The notes under the pieces are model-generated. The model was not told where the DNA came from and did not search any database. It saw nothing but the letters and a program-made list of their open reading frames with translations. A DNA stretch of 64,000 nucleotides from the human T2T-CHM13v2.0 reference genome, Homo sapiens, in the NCBI RefSeq assembly GCF_009914755.1, contig NC_060945.1; one strand, given 5' to 3'. This document shows, one piece after another, positions 50,906 to 64,000 of the stretch (position 1 is its first letter; each line of letters begins with the position of its first letter). A program made the translations under genes and the position numbers.

Positions 50906-51555
50906 TAATGACTTCCACATTAGCTCCAGGAATAATTTCTGTTAAGGTGATGCCTGGCTTGACACTTCTGGTAACTCCTGCTGTTTATCTATTGCTTATC
51001 TCCAGAACCCATGTGATGCTTCCCACTTCAAAGTGCACTAACGCCAGTCAGCTTGAAGGCATCCCCTGAGCTGCTGGCAAACAAGGCCTTTTTACCCACA
51101 GATTAACCTCTTATTTGTTTTAATAAATGATCAAAACTTGGTTTGCCTCCTGTGCGTATGTTGGTTGGGGCCGAGACAGGGTGGTGGTGATTTCTGTTCA
51201 CCTGGGATCTCAGGCCTCCTGGTGTTCCCTGAACAAAAGTGAGGCAGGCAGAGCAATGAGCAGTGTTCCCCGTCTGCCTCGCTGCCATCAGTATTTCTAC
51301 CTGTGGTTGTCTCTGGCGCGTTATCAGGATGTGTCACTCCCTCGTCTTTGTTCCCTCTCCTTATATTTACCTTCACCCGGGCTGCTAAGTGCTGCGGGAG
51401 AAACATCGCGTTGTTGTGGAGATTGTGGCCACAACAAATTTAGGTTCCCCACCCTCAGGTTGTCCCTCACTGGTCTCTTCCTCATACCTTTGAAGAAAAC
51501 AACTCGTGGAGGTCGTCATATTCATAAAGGTGAACATTTCACAGAGCAGGGCACT

Positions 51556-52894
<1,339 letters not shown>

Positions 52895-53204
52895 AGCAGC
52901 ATTCTGAGCCCTTCCCATATAAACTCTTCATTTAATCTTCACCACAACCTCCCTGCCCATAAGTGCTGTTGTTATTGTCTTCATTTTATCTTCGTTTTAT
53001 CCATGATGTCTGCAGCACAGACAGGTTCAGTAATTTGCTCATGGTCACTTGAGATAATAAAACCCCACTCTAGGGAACCTCTCATGCCTGCTTCTGGCTA
53101 TCACCTTTGCTCTCCCCTTTCCTCCTGTCCCCTTCCTCTCCATCTCCTTTATGAGGCCTTCTTTGTTGTCCCATCTCTTTTTTTGTATTTTTACATTTTA
53201 TTAA

Positions 53205-53335
53205 TTTTTTTTGTGGGGGGGAAATGGGGTCTCGCTATGTTGTGCAGGCTGATCTTGAACTCCTGGCCTCGAGCTACCCTCCTGTCTCAGCCTCCTGAGT
53301 AGCTGGGATTACAAGTGTGAGCCACCATACCCAGC
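53205..53335 (-). mobile_element. FLAM-like Alu monomer
   Basis: Single antisense arm. Confidence 0.7.
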
Positions 53336-53654
53336 TGTTGTCCCATCTCCTAAATGTCTGCCTTCCCCAGCATCCCTGCCCCACAGTTCCTGCCTCAGTA
53401 GCCCCTCCTGAGCCTCAGCCACCACCTGTGCTGATGAATTGCTGCTCACCCTCCTCCCAGGCAGGATGCCCCATGGCCACTGCAGGCTCAGCCCATCCAC
53501 AACAGATTCACAATGCCTGTCCTTCAGGGCTGGATTTCCTAGATTTCCCAGCCAACGGTACCACTGGCTGAAAACCCTGCAGCCATGCCTAAATCCTCTA
53601 TATGCCCACGACCAACCCCTGCTGATTTTATGGCTAAATCCCTGTCTTTACAGT

Positions 53655-55669
<2,015 letters not shown>

Positions 55670-56187
55670 TCACCTCCCACCTGGAAGCCTTCCTCATCTC
55701 TGGGGTGGGTCAGATGTAGCCGTTTTTGCCCTCTCCCTACACACCCTGCGTTTCCTCTCTCCCAGTGTTCATCTCGTGACGTACAATAAGCAATTGACTA
55801 ACTTGTCCTTAAGGCCAGGGCCATAGTGGGTCTTCTTGGTGACGAATGAGGGAGGAGCGAGCGCTTTTGCTCTCTAATGGCATCTGTGGATCACTAGCTG
55901 GAGGCCTTGGGACTCTAAGAGCCAAGCTATCCAAGTGCTACAAATAACACCGCACGGCCCCCGGTCTTTCCTGTTTCCGCTCTGCGTCTATCAAGGAGGA
56001 GCAGCTGTTTTTTGAAGCCCTGCTTTCCTTCTCACAGCTTTGCTCACCCCCACCCTGCTTGATCTCCAAACTCAGAGCCTTGACTTTCCTATAAATACAG
56101 TTTCTCTCCAACTCAACTTGATGCATTCATGCAGGGTCCTAGTTCTCTCTTTCTGCCATTCCAATTCTCCTCTTTCCATTACATTTA

Positions 56188-56649
<462 letters not shown>

Positions 56650-56902
56650 TTAGGGGTTATAAATAAACATTATCAAGTAGGTGAATTTGCAGCTACAGAA
56701 TCTGCAGGTAATGAGGATTGATTGTAGATGCACCAATGAACTGGAGGTCAGATTTTCAACTGAACCGTCCAGGAGATGGCCAGCAACCAAGAGCTAGAAA
56801 AAAGGATTCCTGGAGGGTGGTGAAGAAAACAGAAGTCTTAGAGGCTCAGAGACAGATGAATGTAATCCCTCAGCTGTCACCTGAGCTGTGACTATAAAAT
56901 GA

Positions 56903-57242
<340 letters not shown>

Positions 57243-58801
57243 TCAGAAGCGACCACCGTCAGCAAAGGAAGGATGAAGGGGAGTGAATAAAGGGTCCACA
57301 GGACAATTAAGAAAGTGTGGGCCCTTGGGGCCATTTGGTGAAGCGGAGCCAGGTCACTGGCGAGTGTGCCAGGGAATCAATTAAGGATGAATATGAAGCT
57401 GGAGGCCAGGCCAGCATGATTACCGTGTGGACGCCCGTATTTCTTTACATTTGCTGACTGTCAACCCGGCCTCCTGTGTTTCTGTGAAATACAAAGGAAG
57501 AAATGCTGTGACCTTCCCTCATTCTAAGGTGAAACCAAAGAAGGGGAAACTGAGAGACCTATCTGAAATCCTCCACCGAGCCAATGGGGAGGCTGGAATA
57601 GATACAGCTGGTCACCCGACCTGTTCTTTAGGCACGGCTTTTTGGATTTGCCATTTACATCTGCTTCAAGTTTTAGAAACTTCCAGGCTGTGGCTTTTTT
57701 GCTGCTTTGGGGGAACAAAGCATGTTTGGTCAAGTGTACAGTAAACCTGTCCTGCTCCTAAATCCAGTCATCTTCAAAATAGATTTTTGAGGTTTATAGT
57801 GCTACTCTCCAAATGTCATTATCATCCCTAAAGTGAAAAAAAAAGGTTTAATTATTATGAGCAGTGAAATTACCATATAATCTTCCAATTAACTGAATAA
57901 GGCACCAAATAAGTGCCCTCAAGCCTTAATTTCCACCTTGAAGTTAAGGTAGGTATCATGCTTACCTTGATCATCCTACACATCCTCAAAGTGGGCAGAG
58001 TTGAAAGGCTGTCTAAGCGGGTGGGATGGGAGGCGGTGCCCTTCCACCCTCCTGTCTGTTTGTCGAGCTCTGTTGGTCCTTCCGATTGGTTAGCGACCCT
58101 GAGTGTTTCTGAGAGCCTTTTGTTGTATGTGAGGGCAGAACCACTAATCTGGCCAATTCCAAGCAGAAAAGATCAAGTATAGATTTCATATCTGAGTTTT
58201 AAGTGCTAGTAAAAAGTTGCATTAAGTTATCAAATGCACTGTGATCCTGGCTTCATCGCCAAGTGGCTCTGCAGTTTGAGGATTACGCTGTGTCCCGAAG
58301 AAAAGAAAAGAAAATTGTTCCGTTTAGTTGCTTGGGGTAAAGGGGGATTGATCCAGTTACTTTTAAATTAATCTAAGTCAGATGGTGTTCGCTGCATAAC
58401 TTTCTAAGGTTGGTACTTGGTCAAAGAACAAGGTGTTCATTTTTATAGGATTGAAGGCCTTTGGTTGAAAAGGCATGAAGAAGTTTCTACCAGTCCTGTT
58501 TGAAATAAAATAGTAGTGTAATCTAAGGATTGTAATACAAGACCAACGCAGCACATTTAGAGTAACTTTTTAAAATTGGTTGACAGATGTCAACCAATTA
58601 ACTTTTTAAAATTGGTTGATGATCTCTCTCTCTTTCCGTAGATGTGTGTGTAGCATATCACACAGAGAAATCTATAAGCCCTGGGTTATGTTGGTTGCTG
58701 ATGAGGATTAATTAGAACCTACTACTCAATTATTCACTTTTGATCTGCTCTTGCTCTAGTAGTCTTCTTCACTGTGTCATTCATTCAAGAGCTGTTCATT
58801 G

Positions 58802-59108
<307 letters not shown>

Positions 59109-60945
59109 CTATATGATGACATACTGCTATATGACAAACTCTTGCTAGCTGCTGGAGATACAGCAATAAATAAAGCAAAGTCCTTGCTTACATCCCAAAG
59201 GGGAGAAACAGGCAACAGGTTTCTACGTAGCAAGATAAAGCAGAGTTAGGGGTGTGGGGCAGGAGGTGTGCTGTCTTGCAGAGCAACCCGGAAAGGTCTG
59301 ACTGATGAGGCCACATTGGTACAAGAGGCTGAATGAAGGGAGGAAGGGAGAAAGCAGATGTTTGGAGGAAGACTGCTTCGGGCTGAGAGACAGTCAAAGC
59401 AAAGGTCCTGAGGTCAGAGTATGCTTAGCATTTTCAAGAAACAAGAAGGCACCGTGGCTGAAGTCAAGCAGGAGAATGGCAGAAGATGAGGTTGGATGAG
59501 GCTGGATGAAGTAGAAGGGGCCCAGTGGCATGGGACTTTGGATTTTTCTTTGGAGTCAGAAACCCATACAATGGTACAATGGATTGACATGTGTAGACAA
59601 ATGCCGAGACAGCCACGAAAATCTGAAATCCATACATATAAATACACAAGTGGACAACTACATAGGAAAATCCACTTAAAATACATGCAAATATATGGGG
59701 GGAAATTATGGGACTTGATGAATCAGAGGGTTGGTGTACAGAAAGGGAAAAGAAGTAAGAAAAAGTGACAAGATGGGAGATAATTGGGTGACTATTAGAA
59801 ACCAATGTTAACTACAAGAATTCAAAGTCCAGGTGTAGCCCAGAACGAGGTTTCTTCCATTTGGTGCCTCCCCTGTCTTCTGGGGCCTCAGAGTCTGTCC
59901 TTGTCCCCTCTGTTGTCCACTTGTGACAGCAGACGGGGAGAGAGAGGTAGTGGAGGGTCACAAGGGGTCTCAAGGGCCAGACCTTCAAGTGGCAAACATC
60001 ATTTCTGCCCTCTTTCCATTGCCCAGAATTTTCCACTGGCCCACTGTACTACCAGGAGAGATTGGGGTAGGGCAGGCTGAGAAATATACTACTCCTGTGT
60101 GCTCGGGAAGAAAATATATTGTCTCTGCCTTGTCTGGACTCTCAGTTTACCTTCTCTCCTCTGTGGTTTGTTTCAGGACTAGGATCTGAGCTCATCACTT
60201 AAGAGTTGTCATAGCTATCCTTGGTCATCCCTAACTTGGGAGCCTCCCAAATATCTAAGAAACAGGCTGGTGGCTCTAGTTCTCTTCACAATTAACCTCC
60301 AGGTTCACTTTCTTAGTCTCACACCTGGGACTAGAGGAAGGACTTAAACTCATACCTAACTTCACCTTTTGATCTTGATGCCCCTGGGTGTGTAGTGCCA
60401 GTCCTGAGCCCTTGGTCATGGGGCCTTTCCTGTACCCTCAGGACCCCTGACTCATGGCTCCCCACCCCCCAACCCCATGCCATTGCCAATTCTCTAAATG
60501 CATTCACAAACACAAAAGAAAAGAACATCTTTTTCTGGAAAAAGACTTCAAACATGTAAAAACACCTTTTATTATTTGTTTATTTGTGAATACAAGGGTG
60601 TGGTCTTTTATCTAAAGCATTAACCAAGTGGAGGGTGGCAGGTTATAAAAAAAAAAAAAAAAAGCGGGTGGGAGGGAAGGCAAGGACGTAGCAAATTGAA
60701 TTCCTTTCTTTTCCCAGAAGTAAGATTGTGAAATTGGCCCCTGGTGATTAGGGGACTTTAGCACACCGATGTGGGGCCAGTGACTGATATTCTTATATCC
60801 TGCGTTCAGAGTGACTCAGGCAACGTCAACCCTCAGGAAACTCAGATTGCATTGGAAGCCTCTGGCTTCAGAAAAGAAAGAGAGGAAAATGTACAGCTCT
60901 TTTGACCTCTTCTAAATACTAGTAACTTTTTAGGTCTTAATTATT

Positions 60946-61034
60946 AGGAAGGAAGAAGGGAAGGAAGGGAGGGAGGGAGGGAAGGAGGGAGGGAGGGAGG
61001 GAGGGAAGGAAGGAGGAAGGGTGGGGAGGGAGGG
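60946..61034. repeat. Polypurine (GGAA/GGGA)n tract
   Basis: ~88 nt almost exclusively G/A. Confidence 0.92.
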
Positions 61035-61242
61035 TTCCCTTTTCCTCCAGGCTCAGCAGTGACATGTCTGGACTGAGGGCAGCCACGGGGCTATGTACTG
61101 GTCTCTGAGCTGTCTACCTTACATCAAGGTGCTCAGAGCTGAGAGGGCTGGCCGCGAGTGTAATTTGATTAGAGCTGGATTGTTCAGCATTGTACCAATG
61201 GAAGCTCTATGTTAATTAGTGTTCTTTAAGATTTACAGTACA

Positions 61243-61542
<300 letters not shown>

Positions 61543-61739
61543 CCCTTACAGTATAATTGTAATACCTTAGAGATGTGCAGTGGTTTATGGTAAAGAAAAA
61601 AAAAGATGCTTATGCCCACTATATCATTTAATCATCACAGCAAAACATGAAGCCACCAATTCCAAGAGGTGGCTATCACAGTCATACACCCTAATTCCTA
61701 GTGCTCTCTTTTATTTTTATTTTAGCTATTACAGATAAC

Positions 61740-62031
61740 AATAACCAAAGGATTGAATATTTCACTTCTTTATTATTAGTTTGCATTTCCTTGCACATCC
61801 AGTGAACCAACTTCCCAAGAGTTGGATCTGTCTCCAAATTCCGGAAAGGTAACTTTCACCTTTAGTAACAGAGTGCAGCACAGCTGTGACTTCATACCAT
61901 GGGTGACCATACGACCATCCAGGAATCAAAGGTCTCTTATCCTCCATCCTCTCATTCTTTCTCTTCCCAAAGCACATGTTTCTATGAGACAGGGCCACAG
62001 CCAGCAACTCCCACTTCTGACACCAATTGTG

Positions 62032-62079
<48 letters not shown>

Positions 62080-62898
62080 CAAAGTACTTTCTCTATTCTT
62101 TCACTCAACAACAATCAACACGGAATATTTTTTGTGACCAAATGTTTGGGGATTCCTCCCCACCAACAAGCAAACAATCAATTCTGCAGCAAATACCAGC
62201 TGGATATATACTCCAATTCAATTCTGACACCATCTACCTGGAGACAGCATCATATCCCACAGAATGAGTCTCGGTCCCCAAGACTATTGCCCTTCTTCCC
62301 AGCAGTCACAGTCTGGGCCTCCGGAACTTCTGAACAACAAGCTTCAAGTTGAGGTTCCCATGACCCCCTCCTTGGGTTCCATCAATATGGAGTGGCTCAC
62401 AGAAAAACTTTAGGGAAGTTCACTTATGTTTATCAGTTTATTATAAAGGCTATTACAAAGGATACAGATGAAGAGACACATAGGGAAAGGGATGGAGGAA
62501 GCAGTGCGGAGCTTCTGTGCCCACCGTGGGTGCCCTGACTTCCAAAAACCTGTACATGTTCTGCTATCCGGAAGCTCTCCAAACCCAGTTCTTTTGGATT
62601 TTTATAGAAGCATCATTACATAGGCACAATTGATTAAATCACTGGCCATTAGTGACCAATATAACCTTCAGTTCCTCTCCTCTCCCTGGAAGTTGGGGTT
62701 GGGCTCAAAGTCCCAACTCTTTAATCTTGCCTTGGTCTTTCCAGGGACCAGTCCCCATCCTGAAGCTAGCTAGGGGCTGCCAGCCATCAGTCAACTTATT
62801 AGCATACAAAAACACATCACTTTGGAGATTCTAAGGGTTTTAGGAGTTGTATGGAAGGAAACACGTGAAAGATCAAATATATATTTCACAATATCGCA
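61740..62898 (-). mobile_element. ERVL-class remnant: MER21-type LTR (62028-62898, with (CA)n at ~62038-62074), tRNA-Leu PBS (62008-62025) and ~270 bp internal sequence
   Basis: MER21-like LTR body; minus strand reads LTR-end ACA-AT-TGGTGTCAGAAGTGGGAG. Confidence 0.8.
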
Positions 62899-62964
62899 CT
62901 CCTGTAGAACACTTTGGGACACATACCATGATTCTTTGAAAATCAGTTATTTACATCATTCTGG

Positions 62965-63555
62965 TATAAATCAATGAAAATGACCAAGGCAAGTTGTAAT
63001 CATTTTAGGGGGTTTATTTGCCAAAGTTAAGGACACCCACTGGGGAGACAGGTCTATGCCTTTCTCCAAAGATAATTTTGAGGGCTTCAATATTTAAAGG
63101 GGAAAGGATGGATATTGGGGGAATATACAATTTTCATAGGAGGGTGAGTAGAGGAAATAGTCATTCATGCTGTCACTTGTCCGGCTAAGGGAATCTGCAA
63201 TTTTACATAAGATAACGTAAACAATAGTGCAGAGGAAGCAATCAGATATACATTTGCCTCAGGCGAGCAGAAGGATGACTTTGAGTTCTGTCCTGTCCCA
63301 TTCCACATCTGTGGATAAGCTATCAATTGACATTGCCAGGGTGAAATTCAACAGAAATATTTTCAAGTAAAGATCTTGGGGCCTGCAAGGAATCTCCTTG
63401 TGAGCAAAAGGTGAGCGATGTATGTAGCTTTTTATCTTTGTAGCCGTCTTAGTTAGGAACCAAATGGGAGGCAGGTTTGTGCGACCCAGTTCCCAGCTTG
63501 ACTGTTCCCTTTGGCTTAGTAAGTATGGGGCCCCAAGATTTATTTTCCTCTCACA
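62965..63555 (-). mobile_element. MER4A-like ERV1 solo LTR
   Basis: MER4 text (GTTTATTTGCCAAAGTTAAGGACA...CCCAGTTCCCAGCTTGACT...AAGATTTATTTTCCTCTCACA); 4-bp TSD CTGG. Confidence 0.82.
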
Positions 63556-63945
63556 CTGGTCTTTCTATAGTCACTGGATTATTTGAATATTAATGGATTT
63601 TCCTTGTAAATGTGATGAGGATGACGATCCCAAGAAGGACTTCCCTGTGTCTTTCAGAAGACAGAGGAGAGCTCCTGCCACTCTTAGGGGTTCATGTCGT
63701 GAACTCTTCATCTGTATTCAAAAAATGAAAACCTAAGAACTTTGGTCTAAGCTGTTCTAAGATTTGCTCAACCCAAACCTTTCAGGATACTCCTTTGAGG
63801 AAGGTTTTACCCATGGCAGTAGCTATAAGACTTTCTGCTGATACACAGTGGGAGGATTCACCAGGGAAGAGTATCTTGGAGTTACACATGAGCTGCACCA
63901 AGATCCCTGAGCGATGTGAAGCTGATAAAAAAGAGTCTACATCCA

Positions 63946-64000
63946 GCTGGGTGTGGTGGCTTACACCTGTAATCCCAGCACTTTGGGAGGCTGAGGCGGG
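63946..64000 (+). mobile_element. Alu 5' end (truncated by window edge)
   Basis: GCTGGGTGTGGTGGCTTACACCTGTAATCCCAGCAC. Confidence 0.85.

Overview
Primate (human or great-ape) genomic DNA, recognised as the chr21q22.11 URB1 / URB1-AS1 / EVA1C locus. On the minus strand are URB1 coding exons 1-4 (567 nt, 189 codons, all GT-AG junctions in phase). URB1 shares a CpG-island bidirectional promoter with a short plus-strand lncRNA (URB1-AS1/C21orf119). A ~17.5 kb repeat-dense intergenic stretch follows, then a ~2 kb CpG island with EVA1C coding exon 1 (160 nt) and ~33 kb of EVA1C intron 1. Much of the window is interspersed repeat: ~40 Alus, L1PA/L1M, L2, MIR, MaLR, MER21 and MER4 LTRs, and hAT MER elements. 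I found no convincing novel gene system. The observations most worth checking are an AUG-UGA start-stop element upstream of the EVA1C start, a twin-primed inverted L1, several short templated inversion/duplication scars, an ERVL LTR with a tRNA-Leu primer-binding site, and unusual Alu arrangements. Gene names and repeat subfamilies come from recalled sequences, not from a database search. Repeat boundaries are approximate unless a target-site duplication (TSD) is given.
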